Counted from the stretch's first letter, positions 37,530 through 51,820 are shown. The stretch: DNA of 64,000 nt from Antedon mediterranea (GCF_964355755.1 NC_092676.1:7231888-7295887); one strand, 5' to 3'. Notes: generated by a model from the letters alone, not told the origin. Translations and numbers: made by a program.

Positions 37530-37661
37530 ACCTCTTTCTGCACTATAAACTAGTTAGACAAAAAAAAAGTGCAATATGCCCAAATATGGTAGTAATATGA
37601 CATTTCCATATATGGGCACATCACATTTTTTTGTCACAAGATTGATAGTGTAGACAGAACT
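37530..37661. mobile_element. MITE family A copy
   Basis: CCCAAATATGGTAGTAATATG internal motif and GATAGTGTAGACAGAACT terminus. Confidence 0.7.
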
Positions 37662-38007
37662 TAAAACAAAATGTATATTGTACAACTGAATTATCTGAAG
37701 AACATGTGTTATGAAAAATTGAAGAAACAATTATTTGGCCGATGCAACAACTGCATAGAATAAAAATCGTGACATACTAATTACTATGGAAGAGCCTGAT
37801 TTTTATCACAAAACATCTAAATACAAACAAAAAAATACTGAAACAAAAATATCAATTCAAAACTTTTGTCATTATTTTCTCCTCACTTTCCAACATCGTA
37901 TTAATGATGAATAAAGTTTGTAAATCTAATACATTTTTTTAATTAACTAGGCAATAATTTTTCGAAAAATTATTTGTACATCGTTTTTTCATCTCTTCCT
38001 CATTTAA

Positions 38008-38330
38008 AGATGTATTGTCCCCGAAAAACATGAAAAAGAAGATTAATAAAATCCAACTTTAAACAGGCCATTTTGCAGTTTTAATAAAGTTATTCACTTC
38101 TGTAAAAAAAATAAAAATTATTTTACATATAAAAAAACAAAACAAACGTTTTAATTTTAACCTAAAATCATTGTCCGACAGACAATTGGAAGTACAGTAC
38201 TGTACTTTGTGCTTTAGATTTTTTTCAGGTAAAAAGTTTTTCCGATCCAGTTTTTGGTCAAAGTGAATAACTATTATGTGACATTAAAATGGCATATTAA
38301 AAAACAATTATTTAGGGGGACAATATATCT
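38008..38330. mobile_element. Kolobok-like MITE
   Basis: TTAA|AGATGTATTGTCCCC ... GGGGACAATATATCT|TAA. Confidence 0.7.
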
Positions 38331-38876
38331 TAATATTTTTTTTTAATTTATACATAAATATACTTGGAATATTTTAAGTGTACCAATTTACAAACTGGGT
38401 AATTATTAGCTTAAATATCTAATACAAACCAATGTCCTGAATATGAATATTATAAATTATAGTTAAAAATCAAAGCATTTCTCTCATGTCACTTGCTTTG
38501 GATCAACTACAGTAATTTTACTTATTTTAAAACATTTCATACACAAAAGACATAAATATACAGACTTGCCTGTGAATGTTTTAAAAATATGGTTCCAATC
38601 AATTCCAGCCATTCTTCATTAATTAACAGCACCTTGCTTGATTCGAACCCAAACCTTACAACCATTGCACATTGCGTTAATAACTTATGTTACAGAATGC
38701 TCACTCTTTTTATTCACATTATTCCTAGCACCATTTCAACTTCAATTTGAAACAGAAACCTGTCCGATTCTAAAAATACTCGGTCAAAATATTATACATA
38801 TTTGTTCTCTTTCAGAATAATTTAAAATCTATAATTTAAAGAATTTCTAAAATAATGATGGATTATCAATTATTGC

Positions 38877-41800
38877 TTATAATTCTGTATCAAATTTGTA
38901 CTCATAAGTAATATAGATTCTTCTAATTATAAGCAAAAATATTGCTAAACCAAGGAATATCATTATGACAAGAGATAGTACTCTATTGGAGCCTTGCTGC
39001 TGTTGTCCAACAGGACGAACTGACTCGGTAGCTGGGTTAGCCCCGGTCCGTGCAGTATTCGCCCCTGGCCTACGACGTACAAGTGGGGGATTTGTGGAAG
39101 ACTGCTGGGGGGGAGATGTTGAAGGCAAGGATGTGGCTTGGGTTGTTGGTTGGACATCTGGTGTTGACTGATCCAAAGTTGATGGTGTGGCAACAGATGA
39201 AGAAGTAATTGATGTTGGTGCGGTGGTATTGGATTCACCATCTGGTAAATCTGCAACCCCATCTACAGCACTCTTTACTTCCGATTCTGCCTTTGTTCCG
39301 GGTGTTGATGTCTGTAGATTTGGTTCTTCAGATTTTGTTTTGATTTCCTCTTCAAATTTCTGTTTCTAAAATGACAATAAAAAAACAAATGTTAATGCTA
39401 GCACATTCAAGTATACCATTTGTGTAAAGGGGTGAACATTTCTACTTTTCTAATTATATCTCGCTCTTCAAGGAGAAAGGGCTATTGTTGGTTTATCCAG
39501 GTAAGCTATAGGCATGAAATAGAATATGCAAATTTGTAAGCCTTAACAGTGATAGCATCAAGTTCTAAAGCCTTGTCAAACTTTATGTGACAAAAAAAAG
39601 TGTGATGTACCCAAATATGGTAGTGATATGCCTAAATATGGTAGTGATATGACATCATCATGTCCATATAGGCACATCATATTTTTTGTTATATAAAGTT
39701 TGATAGTGTAGACAGAGCTAAACTAGCTTGACCAAAAAAGTTTGATGTACCCAAATATGGTAGTGATATGCCTAAATATGGTAGTGATATGCCTAAATAT
39801 GGTAGTGATATGCTTAAATATGGTAGTGATATGCCTAAATATGGTAGTGATATGCCTAAATATGGTAGTGATATGCTTAAATATGGTAGTGATATGCTTA
39901 AATATGGTAGTGATATGCTTAAATATGGTAGTGATATGCCTAAATATGGTAGTGATACTGTATGCTTAAATATGGTAGTGATATGACATTATCATGTCCA
40001 TATGTGGACAGAGCTTAACAGTGGCAATAATATCTGGTGTTTACCGTAAGCTGTACTTCAGCCACAACTTTAGCTGCTTCTTGTTGCATCTCTTTTGCCT
40101 TTTCTTGTGAGGTTTCTTCTGGTAAAATATTTTTATTCTTTACTTTACAAACCGGACATTGCCAATCTTTTGACCTAAAGAAAATTTGTTAAAAATGTCA
40201 ATATGGCCTTTCTTAGACGGGTTCGCGCGAATCGAAAGCGTCTGTTTATTTCTATCTCCCAAATCCCTTTTTACGCATGCGTATGAGGCAATTCTTTCAA
40301 TTCGTGCAAACAAATTTGGCTAGTGGAAAAATTGGCCTTTCATTTTCATTTTATTTCACTTCACTAATAATTTAAATAAAATGGAGGAGCCTGCCTAAAT
40401 AAAGCATACAGATACAATGTATTCCAAATAACACTTGACACCCAACATACCTTTTGGCAAGAACTTTCCTTTCTTCTGGAGTGTAGTCAAGCGAGCCAAT
40501 CGCTCCACCCCCATGTGTTGGCATAAAACCCATTATGGCTAATAGAACAGTTCGTACTGAAACAAGAAAGCATTAGATTAATTTTAAGGCTCTTATGATA
40601 GGAATTTTGTGTACATTCTGTAAATTATAAAACCCAATATAATTCGTGTTGAAAATAGTGGCACTTTGGTTTGATGCCCGACATGCTTGCTTAAAAATCC
40701 CATGGTTTTTGGTTCAAATCCTGTCATAATTCCAGGATAGTGCCCACAAAGTGTAACTACTGTACTTAAATCATATACATGTTTAAAATAGTGGCACTGT
40801 AGTTTGGCGCTTAACATGCTTGCTTAAAAATCCTAGGTTCTTGGTTCTAATCCTGCCATAATCCCAGAATAGCACCCACTACAGTGCAACTACTGTACAA
40901 GTCATACTGTACATGTACAAATAGTGGCACTGTAGTTTGGTGCTTAACATGCTTGCTTAAAAATCCTAGGTTCTTGGTTCTAATCCTGTCATAATCCCAG
41001 AATAGCACCCACTACAGTACTACTCTCCCTAAGTCATACATGTTAAAATAGTGGCACTGTGGTTTGGTGCCTGACATGCTTGCTTAAAAATCCTAAGGTC
41101 CTTGGTTCAAATCAAAATAAAATCCAATTACAAAGCCATATGAGAAAGTGAAGCAAAAATATACATACTACTCCATGAAGGTTGCCATGTTTCTGGATGA
41201 TGTCCTGATATTGATAAACATATATTCATTGCTATTTTAAATCGTCCAGTTGGCTGTTGGAAAAAAAACCCAATAATTTGAACATTTATAATGGAATAAT
41301 GGTTTGTAATAAAATACATAAAGATAACAGTTACTTAGCTAGTTACTTAGTTAGCTATAAAAACAGAGTCCTAAAAAACAAACATACTAATAATAATAAT
41401 AATATATATATATATAATAACAAGTTGTAAGCAGGTTTGATCTCCCGGCTCATTGCCCGTATGCACACGCAAACCTTGTGAAATATTTGGAGAAAGCATA
41501 GTTGCACACTATTCTATTACTATGATTCGTCATTTAATATCAGGGCAGTACAAGTGTGCACAGTAACAACTCGGGACATCTTAAAACAAAAAAAGCTCTC
41601 TCATCAGTGTGTTTTTCTCCAAAGATTTCACAGGGGTCCACCTGTAAAAAATACACTATGAATACCTGGCTACAACTTTTTACAAGCATTTTGCAGATGT
41701 GAAAAAACTAAAATTGGCATAAAAACATTTTATATTACAAATTTATAACACATTATATTATATTAATGGGACAACCCTATTAATGGGACACCCGTATGAA

Positions 41801-44800
41801 TTGGGTACCCCTATTAATGGATCACCCCTTTTAATGGAACACCCTATAAAATATAAAATGAATGAAGGCAATTATATTTTTTAACACTATTGCCCACCAT
41901 GAATTGGGCAACCCTATAATGATCACCTCCATTATTAATGGAACACCCCTATTATAAATTCCCTCCTCCCACCCCTATTAATTGTACACCCACTATTAAT
42001 GCCACCCCCCCCCCCCCCCTTATAAAATAAGCAATTATATGTTTTAACACTATTGCCCACCATATTTAGGGGACAGAGTATTGCTATATTGACGAACTTA
42101 TAAACATTAATTAGTCAAACATCTTACTTCAGTATAATTCCATTTTATTCACTGTTTATTGACTTGAAAAATATAATGATAAAACCAGATCATGATTTAA
42201 TGATATTTAATATTCAAACAATCTATACATAAAACATACAGAGTAGACTACCAGTAGATTTTCTGCCAACCACAGCAAATTTCCATAACTATTCATTATT
42301 AATACAGTAATTTATACCATGTCATTTTATTGCAGCAGATAAAACCTTATTGCATTGAATTTGCGCATATTGAAGAACTTACCGTGAGCAGCATAATACT
42401 TGGAGGTTTCATGGGATATTCGGGAGGAAATGTAATTCGTCCGTGATAAACGCCACCTTCATATTCACTTCCTGATGGTCCTCGAAACGTGAAGTGCCAT
42501 TCGAATAGATTATCCTACAAATGTGACGGTAAAGATTTCACTTTTAATCAGAAAATTTAGAGCTGATTTGACATATTAAATAGTAGGCCTGGGTGACAAT
42601 TTGTTTGTTTAGCAAACACAGTGTTATTATACTGTATAATTCTAGACTCTAGATGGAAGGGTGGTTTAATATTCCTTAAAAAAAAACATTTTGGCATACA
42701 TGGCGTGTCATTACTATGTCATATAACTATGTTTGCGCTGGAATCACTATAAACAAAAATTGAATCATCCGCTAATGAATGGCGGAATATATTAAAGACT
42801 AGTAGTTATTTTGTAATGATTTTGTCATTTTTATTATACCATGTATTTGTATATGGTTACTATGGTAGAGCACTTGATGTCCATACATATTGCTATAAAC
42901 AGATGGCATAAACTGCATTTTTCCACCTACTTATCTTTAGGGATGGGTTCAAATCACAGCAATATTAATCAGTGGTTGAAACGTAAACTTGACCCTAAAG
43001 ATAATCGGGCGATAATTCATTTTCGCACCTGTCTTGTATTTCAAGTCCAAATTTGTCACTTGGCTAATTTTATTGTGAATACCACTTCTTAGAATTAGGC
43101 CTCAAAAATACTTTTATGGAGGACAATGACATAAAAAGTAACAAATAAATCCTTTAAATTGATGATTTTACAGTACACTGTTCACATACTTGGCTACCAA
43201 TCTAAGAGTCCTGGGTTCAAGTCCTGTCATATGTCAGGGTTTTTTTCTCATGACAATTTACAACTCCACTCCCAAAGACTTAATAATAAGTCTTTGTTTA
43301 TGTAGAGCATCTTGTGTATATGTTTGTCTTGTGAAATTATTAAATAGTTTATCCATCCTGTAATTGGCGGGTTACTCGCTGTTGGATGAGAATAAAATAA
43401 AATAAAATAAAAAATAAAATAAAATACTCTATGTTGAAGTGGCAGAATGTTTTTGTTTCTATGGAGTAAAAATACAAGGCATGTGTGAAAGGGAACTAGC
43501 ACCACATAACCTAGGTGCGAAAATGTAGTTATCACAAAAATAAAATTCTGTATCCTCACATCTAAAGGGCTAGCATAATACTGTGATGTTGGTTCACTTA
43601 GCTCCTGAGCTTCTTTCATTAGCCTCTTGACAGCTGCAAAAATAAAATAATTATTTATGGATTAGAAAAAATGAATACTAAATAAATTGTTAATGTTATG
43701 TGCACCAGGTGGAAGCATTACATCTTTATAAAGTTTACAAATTATTCATAATTCTGCAAACAACCGATGACATGTTAATAATAATAAATTTATTATAAAT
43801 TATTATTTGATTATTCGGAACAGCAGATTTAAAATTTTTTTAAATGTTTAAAAGCAAGGCTATACAGTAGGTACTGAGTATATTTATTTTATTTTATTTC
43901 AACAATATTGTGAAGTGAGGTCCTTCCAGCCGAAGCTGATTATGAATATGATAGATCATTTATTATTTGACAATAATAATTGATATAATGATTATAAATA
44001 TGGAGTTCAACAATCAAATAAAATAACTACTAGGATTAACAATAAATAATTTAATCATGATGTACTATGTAGTTGTAGGCCTATCCATGGAGGTATAAAA
44101 TAGACCTCCATGGTCTATAACTATATATGCTTCTATTTATTAGGCAAATTGGCTTTTAAATGCTAGGCCAGCTAGATCCCCCGTAAGCCTACCCTTCTAC
44201 TACACTACTACTAGCCTCTCAAGGCTCCGCGCATTCCTCTGCTGAACTTTATACTAACAAGCCAGCTCAATTCTACAAAGGCTAGCTAGGGAGGGCTAGG
44301 CCTAGACCTTAGAATAGTAGAATAGTAGGCTAGTAGGCTAGGCCTTATTTATTAGGGTAGATAGGCTAGCCTACTAGTACTAGGGTGTCAGATGAAATCG
44401 GTCGCGCTTGAAATCGGTCGCGTTTGAAATCGGTCGCGATAAAATCAACTTCCGGTATTTTGTATGGCGCGCCGCTAGAGCTATACTTTTGATTATATCG
44501 GTCGCGTTTGAAATCGGTCGCGTTTGAAATCGGTCGCGCTATTTTGTATGGATCGAGCGGGATGCATGCTAGAGCGGGATATACATTTTTCGTTTATATA
44601 GATTTAATTGATATTTTTAAGGAACTAGATTATTTATGTGGATATTTGTTACTTGGTTAATAAATATTTATTATTAATCATTAATTAATTTTTTTTTTGT
44701 ATTTCACAGGTCTCGGAGAAGGACGGTGTCTTTTCAAAATGTCCATTTCTAAACACGTTTAAATATTATATTAGGCATAATGTTATATTATGCATATAAT

Positions 44801-46547
44801 AATTTACCTCTATTTATATGTACTGTAATTAATATATTATATAGAGAATATACGTTTGTCGTGTCTTTTATTATGCAAACAATTACGTATGGTTTTAGGA
44901 TATTAATAAAATATATAGATAATATGCCGATGATAGATGTGAGAATAATAATGTATGGATAATAAAGGTGGACACAATTCTCAAAGAGGTAATCTGCACT
45001 GATATTTAAACGTTTAGATTTACGAACGGCGTATGAATGCGAGACACTGAGTTGCACTTACTTAATTATTTACATTAAATGATTATTATAAATGAAGAAA
45101 AAAATAAAAAATATTCAAATTAAAATCTATAGTATCGCCGACGTATATACGTATAAATCATACTGTCAAATTATAGAAAAAGTGCTTTATTCGGAATTAT
45201 TATGGATAAGCAAGCCTGTGAGCTACAGCGATTTAATTGCTTTTGCTTATCCTTGCCTCCTTACATTTCCACGTGTCTTGATTTGGTTACCTATGTTTTA
45301 AATGTATTTCGATTTTAAAGGCTAAATAAACTTAATGAATGAACATGATCTCATAATCGCGTCGAGCATCTATAGCTCATTGGATCGTTTCACAAAAACA
45401 CGTGCAGGAGGCCTATAGACCTTTCAAATGTATGGTTATTAGTAATAGACGTCATCTTTACCTCGCCATGGACAACGATCGTACGTGTTTTCTCCATGAT
45501 TTGACATACTACTAGTGCGTGTTTTTTAAAAAGGGGAATCCCCGTCAGCAAAATAACGTATTGTTAGAGGAAACAGCTGCACGATCATAGAAGGCGCATC
45601 TCCAATATGGCTTATTCGGGGGTTTATTTCAGTAACTCGCCTGTTAACCATCCGCATATAATGATCATTTTACTAAAAACTATTTTAAACATTAGAAATA
45701 AAAACATACACGTGATTTGCCTCAACAATAATCATTATACACTTAGAAAATAGAAAATAAAATAAGGTGATCGAATAGTATGTTGTTAACGACATGATAT
45801 AATCAGTCACAGTATGCATAAGTATAAAAATGGATACGCTGGCTTTACGGGCTATATTGTAAAAATTCTTGTTTTTAAATAAATTGTTCTCTTTTACGTA
45901 ATTGTTTGCGTAATAAAAGACACGACAGACGTATATTCTCTATATAATATATTAATTACAGTACATATTAATAGAGGTAAATTATTATATGCCTAATAAA
46001 TATAACATTATGCCTAATATAATATTTAAACGTGTTTAGAAATGGCCATTTTGAAAAGATACAGTCCTTCTCCGAGACCTGTGAAATACAAAAAAAAAAT
46101 TAATTTAATGATTGGTAATAAATATTTATTAACCAAGTAAAAAATATCCACATAAATAATCTAGTTCCTAAAAAATATCAATTAAATATATATAAACGAA
46201 AAATGTATATCCCGTTCTAGCATGCATCCCGCTCGATCCATACAAAATAGCGCGACCGATTTCAAACGCGACCGATTTCAAACGCGACCGATATCATCAA
46301 AAGGATTATAGCTCTAGCGGCGCGCCATACAAAATACCGGAAGTTGATTTTATCGCGACCGATTTCAAACGCGACCGATTTCAGACGCGACCGATTTCAT
46401 CGTAAACCAGTACTAGCCTAGGCCTAGCTGCTGCTAGGCTAGCTAAATTAAGAAAACTAACTTTACGTCTGGCCTATATTTTGCTTTAATTAACCAAATT
46501 CAAGCCTACGCACCTGGACATCTGCTTGAAAATCGCTGTTGAGACAT
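38877..46547 (-). CDS. UBE2J1: Ubiquitin-conjugating enzyme E2 J1; exons 46514-46547, 43560-43633, 42383-42514, 41169-41253, 40451-40556, 40045-40174, 38877-39365
   Basis: PAVKRLMKEAQEL, DNLFEWHFTFRGP, YHGRITFPPEYPMKPP, catalytic ICLSISGHHPETWQPSWS, GAIGSLDYTPEERKVLAKRS, C-terminal transmembrane anchor; junctions in phase. Confidence 0.95.
39568..40015. mobile_element. Two fused MITE family A copies, the second with ~11 tandem 21-bp units
   Basis: AAATATGGTAGTGATATGC(C/T)T array at 39753-39985; family A terminus at 39697-39719. Confidence 0.85.
40651..41115 (+). repeat. Four tandem ~130-bp units resembling tRNA-derived SINE heads
   Basis: AAATAGTGGCACT..GTTTG..CATGCTTGCTTAAAAATCC..GGTTC(A/T)AATC at about 40652, 40786, 40919, 41045. 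Confidence 0.8.
43185..43425 (+). mobile_element. tRNA-derived SINE, 5' partial, with (AAAAT)n tail
   Basis: B-box GGGTTCAAGTCC; core CACTCCCAAAGACTT..TTTGTTTATGTAGAGCATCTTGTGTATATGTTTGTCTTGTGAA shared with the 21760-22025 copy. Confidence 0.8.
44384..46408. mobile_element. Foldback (long-TIR) non-autonomous DNA transposon in UBE2J1 intron 1
   Basis: ~510-bp inverted arms (44384-44889 and 45895-46408), 17-bp subterminal repeats GAAATCGGTCGCGTTT, 8-bp target duplication AGTACTAG. Confidence 0.92.
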
Positions 46548-49437
46548 TATTTTATTTTAAAGTTATATTTAATGGAAAAATATCCAGACAATCAAGTCTG
46601 CTCCCCGTCCGTGCTTAACTTACTTAATAAAATCGGGTCATCTGACGTGTACATTATAATCTAAAACGGACTTTGATTGGATATTGATGTGATACGTTAC
46701 GTAAAGTAGCCAATGATACTCGGCCTTTATAACTTCATGGCTGATAGGGAAATCCCCATTCAGAAAATAATCATCAACAAAATAAACAGCATGCATATCA
46801 ATATCAGCATACTGTTAAATACAGTGCCATACAAAATTATGAGGAAAAAACATATCACTCCACATGACCATACACATAGGCATACTAAATACTACTACAG
46901 TAGTAGTACTACTACTACTACTAGGCATATATTTGAGAAAACACAACACGATGCTCTTCATGTGTTCTTATATTTTGAAGTTTATAAAAAAATTAGGTCT
47001 GTTTATTCAGGGAGTTGTAAAATATATTTATTTTACAACTCCCTGGTTTATTTTATGCATTTTTCAAATTTACAGTACATAACTGAAATTTCTAACAATA
47101 GGTCTAGTAAATCGTTTTACTTTTATAGGCAATATTTATAAATATCATTCTATAATTTTAACACTACGTGTAATTCTTAATTCGCATCATTAATCAAAAT
47201 ATTTTTAACTTTTTGGCGATTTGGATAATAGCAGCAACAGCAGCGACACAACACAACACAGTCGCATAAATTCCAATTACTATGCTACAGTACCCGGATT
47301 GTAGATTAACGTGTGCTTAAACCCGGTCAACCGTATCTAAACAAAACCCATATGCCGCGGCAGATCTTCCATATTATTCTTCTTTTATTCTGTTTTTCAC
47401 AATTTGTATTCAAAGTACACAGGTTATTGTAGAGTTCAAACGCTGACTCTTTATTCTAGGCCCCCGTGTGGTCACAGAATACGAGTTAAGCATATCGGTG
47501 AAATTCCGAGTGCTTTCAAATTGTGTACCTTGATCTTTGTTACACCAGAGTAAACAATAATTGCAACAACGAGTTATATGTACGACGTGGTTTGACCGTA
47601 ATGTTATATAATATTCTAATAGTGGCGTAAGTGTGATTTTTCTTTCGTTTTTGTTTCGAAGTACAAGTTAGACCTGCGTTTACATGGTGTTGAACACTCT
47701 AATTCAATTAAGTTAGTGTTTTGGGAGTTAAACACCACCACGTCTGTTTCGACAGTTTGAACAACGGGTTGCTTTGTATTCATACATCATGAATAACGTG
47801 CGGCCTAGGAGGCCTACTATCTGTTCATAAATTAAACCGTCTAAACACGTAGGCTTGGCTACATCACCATAAGATGCAGAGCGCGTACAAACGACTATCT
47901 TTCATGCTGATTAATAATTAGCATAATAATACACAACGGAAGTACAGTGCAGTTATTTACAAACAAATATACATTGCTTCTGTGCTTCCTATGCATTTTT
48001 AAATTATATACAAATTGTCCATTTGTATACTTTATTGTTAATAATTTACAGTTTTTGCTTAAACAATCTATATTTTATACAGGTGACGTTATTGTGCTGT
48101 TGAAAACGGACGGAAGATAACCTGTTATATCGATTTTAAATCATCTATGAATGTTTTATAATGTAAGTATTGTATAGTTAGAATAATCAGACAAACATTT
48201 TGATCACAGCATAGAGATATTATAGTTCATAATATTATGATCACACTCAGCACGGGTTTTTTTTCCTTGGAATAATAAAGATTTCAGATCCGCCTGTATG
48301 CTATTTGACGATGACTGTTATAGTTTTGAGGAAGTTTGGTAGGCGCCTAACCTTCAATTGCTTTTGTGCCACCATAGAGATATATACTATTTCTATGGTG
48401 GCATATTCTTTCCTGTTGCCGTATGATAGCCTATTCAGTTTACAAAGTTTAGAGAATTATTATGAATAGGGGCCTATTATTCACTTAGATAAATGGATTT
48501 AGGCCTATTTTACTCCTAATCCGTTCAAGGATAAAACACACTAGGGTGTTCTTATAAGCATTTTCCAGGCGTTAATTTTTATTTTAAACATTGTATTTTA
48601 TTATATTATTATATTTATTTATTTGTCTGGTCAGATGACGCAATAAAAAAAATAAAACTGATATTGCGCGCGCATTACGTAACATCTCAGATTTCGTTTC
48701 AATTGTCTTTATTTTGAGAACGGTGTTAAATAATTCAACTTAAAAGCCTTTTCAATGCGTCAGTATTAATACGATTACCACCTGTTTGCATCTTATGTAT
48801 AGGTAATTTTCTAATCAAAAAGTATTGTTTGTTTCAGCGTCAAGAACGAGTGTATTGTATACAATAACTTGCAGAGAGAAGTAGGCTTCTGACTGAGACG
48901 TTGCGGTAAGTTGCTGGTGGTAGAGTAGCCTAATACAAATAGGCTACCTCTGGCTAACATTATTTCTTTTTGTTGAAATTAAATCATTAACTATGTGACG
49001 GTTTCATTGATCTTTAATTCCTTCTTCCTGGTAGTTTCTGATCGATTCTTTGGGCCCGTTCAAACTTAGGCCTATTTATTTATCCAAGTAATACATTTTG
49101 GTTTGTGCACAGTGATTTTTTATCGCAAGGTAGGCTTACACGTTTACTCCATGAGGTATAAACTAACTAATACCCGGGTAAATATAAGCCTGAACGGTCC
49201 CTATGACTTTTGTCTTCGCTGATATCGTTCTAGTTTCTGTTCACAGTTGCACGTTGCTACGTATTAACCATTATTCTTTATTCATTGTCGTATAACGGTT
49301 CTGTAACATGACAGCACAAATAGAATTAAGTTAACTAACTGCAAAGTAGGGCCTATATGCCGAGTTTGTATACATTCACACGATACAAATAATATCATAT
49401 ATTGTTTACATTTCAGTTGTGATACGGCTTGAGCACG

Positions 49438-50514
49438 ATGTGGACCGTCAGGTTGTTCCGTGATGACCAACTTCCGTCTGTTTTTCACGAACCTTTCATC
49501 AAAACCGGGTACCGAGCTTGTGAGACGAGTCTTTCCGAGTGTTTACGAAGTGCATTGTACGGGACCAACGAAACCTTGAATTTTTGGACGCACTTTCTGC
49601 CAGTGTTTTACTATCTATGGCGTATTTGGCGCATAGGATCCGAACATGACTTCATCAACGATCCATATATGTGGCCCTTGCTGGGCGTACTCATTTGCGT
49701 CTGTTTATATTCGTTGGCTAGTAGCGTAGCTCACCTTTTCAGCTGTCTGTCCGAACGCGCACGCCATGTTTGTTTTTTTATGGATTATTCTTCGATCGGA
49801 ATGTACAGTGTGGCTTGCTCCATTGCCTACAAATGTTACTCGTTTCCTAACAATTTGATAGATACGCCATACTTTAATTCCTACATTCAAATCAGTGTGG
49901 TAAACGCAGTTTTGATGTGCACGTGTGGTGCGTGTGCGTCCCGTTTTATGGATGAGAGTTTATTGCGTCATTTATGTCGTCTCTCGTCGTTCTCGCTCCC
50001 GTTTATAATCTGCAACGTGCCGATAGTTTACCGCGTGTTTGCCTGTCCTGGTGACGATTGCGACGGTACGTCTGTCGCTCTGCTCCGATGGCAGTATCTT
50101 GCAGCGGCCGTCACAGCCTTGATTTTTGCCACTCATTTCCCCGAGAGAATGGCGCCAGGAAGGTTTGACGTATTCTTTCACAGTCATCAGATCTTCCACG
50201 TAGCTACAACCGTATCAAGTAACTTTCACGTGGACGCAATGTTAGCCGATATGAGCCAGCGGCGCGACGTCTTGGAATCGACGGTGGGGATGCCAACCTT
50301 TTGGAATTCTATAGGTTTACTCAGTGCAGTATTCTGTATAAACGCATTGCTCGTGTTGTGTTTCTCAGTCATGATTTATAGTAGCCCAGAACCGGAGCAT
50401 TTTTACAAAATAAAGCACAGTGAAGGTACTGGAAAACGACAAATCGCTAAGAATTACCGCCATCGAGTAGAATGTCGAAACCGGGCTCAGCAAGGAAGCA
50501 ATGTTAAACGGTAA
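49438..50514 (+). CDS. PAQR5: PAQR-family membrane progestin receptor gamma-like, copy 1
   Basis: FHEPFIKTGYR, NETLNFWTH, SSVAH, ARHVCFFMDY, PERMAPGRFD, HSHQIFH; multiple hydrophobic segments. PAQR5 versus PAQR6 orthology not resolvable by eye. Confidence 0.88.
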   Translation: MWTVRLFRDDQLPSVFHEPFIKTGYRACETSLSECLRSALYGTNETLNFWTHFLPVFYYLWRIWRIGSEHDFINDPYMWPLLGVLICVCLYSLASSVAHLFSCLSERARHVCFFMDYSSIGMYSVACSIAYKCYSFPNNLIDTPYFNSYIQISVVNAVLMCTCGACASRFMDESLLRHLCRLSSFSLPFIICNVPIVYRVFACPGDDCDGTSVALLRWQYLAAAVTALIFATHFPERMAPGRFDVFFHSHQIFHVATTVSSNFHVDAMLADMSQRRDVLESTVGMPTFWNSIGLLSAVFCINALLVLCFSVMIYSSPEPEHFYKIKHSEGTGKRQIAKNYRHRVECRNRAQQGSNVKR

Positions 50515-51656
50515 TAATGCAGGCTAGCAAACAGAATAGAATAATTATTACCGATAAGGGTCAGAGGTTAAATAATTAGGCCTATATCTAAATTGATATC
50601 AAAATCAATTAAGGAAAGCAGTTGATAGTGATGTACACAACAAATACACGTGAATCTATTAATTAGCATATTAAAAAGGTGCTTTGAGCTGGTACTACAC
50701 TCATCTTCCGATTGTTCTTTTAGCAGTTGAAATAAAATTTCTTTAATCAGAGGCGGATAGGGAGGTGCAGATATTTTTTTATACATCGCCATTTTGATAA
50801 TAACCATAAATATAAAATATTTTTTCATTTTCTATTTGCAATTACTGTATCTATCTTATGACATGACGGTAATATAAAAAGGTATTTCTCTATGGTCGTA
50901 TAACTGTCGCCCTCTTTGCAAATCTGCATAGTCTGCCATTGACGATTAACAACTGAAATAATACACTAATAGCGTTCCATACCTATGGTAGTAAATTATG
51001 AATACCTTCAGTGGATTAGGATTTTCCCATGGAAAGATGGAACAATTAGTTTATTGGAATTTGATATACTGACTATTTCTAAATAATTCCTGTATAATTC
51101 TATATTAATTTGCTTCCAATTATGTTTGGATCATCTTAGGCCTATTTGTATTACGACGTTTGTAACTATTTTTAGAATAATTATATGTTTACAATATTTG
51201 CATATTAATATTATTGCTCGGCCAGATGGCTCAGCCTATCATTCATACTAAATCAAATAATCAGTAATCGGCAAAGGAAGATTCTGAAATAAATCGTTTT
51301 AAAGCCAAATAACAAAGATTCGTATGAAAAGCGTTTGCAATTTTATGATCTTCGAACTTTTTGTACAAGGTAATTGGTATCATAATAAAAATTCTGGTTG
51401 TTTGTATGCATTATTCCCTATGTCTTTATTTTTAATTTTAAAAACAGCTGACACCGTGTTATGGGGTCGATTTGCTACTCTCGATTCAGTGAGGAAAGAG
51501 GAGTAACGGGATTTTACTAATTTGAGAACCAATAATTGAAACAGTTGTGGCCGGCAAGGGATAACGAGAATCACATGACGCACCCCGCGCTTGGTTTTCC
51601 ATAACTATGTAATGTTTAGGCGTGTGCACAACATTCTCCACGTAATGACATCATAA

Positions 51657-51820
51657 AGGCCAAGTTACAAAGACGAGCGGTAACGGCAAGCGGAAAACCG
51701 CGTAGCTTGTCCCACGTAAAGTCTGTTATCCTGTCCGGAAATCGCCCGTCTGTTCCGCCGCGTTGTGATGGTCATAAGGATATTTTTGTTATCGTTACCG
51801 CTCGTCTGTGTAATTGGCCT
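51657..51820. mobile_element. MITE family B copy (another partial copy at ~51922-52106)
   Basis: AGGCCAAGTTACAAAGACGAGCGG ... CCGCTCGTCTGTGTAATTGGCCT. Confidence 0.8.

Noticed and set aside
39742-39986. CLNMVVI / MPKYGSD repeat ORFs
   Set aside because: 21-bp MITE-internal repeat inside a UBE2J1 intron.
44086-44114. Small palindromes (CCATGGAGGT..ACCTCCATGG; similar at 36549, 48373, 6606)
   Set aside because: Too short to classify; likely tiny MITE remnants.
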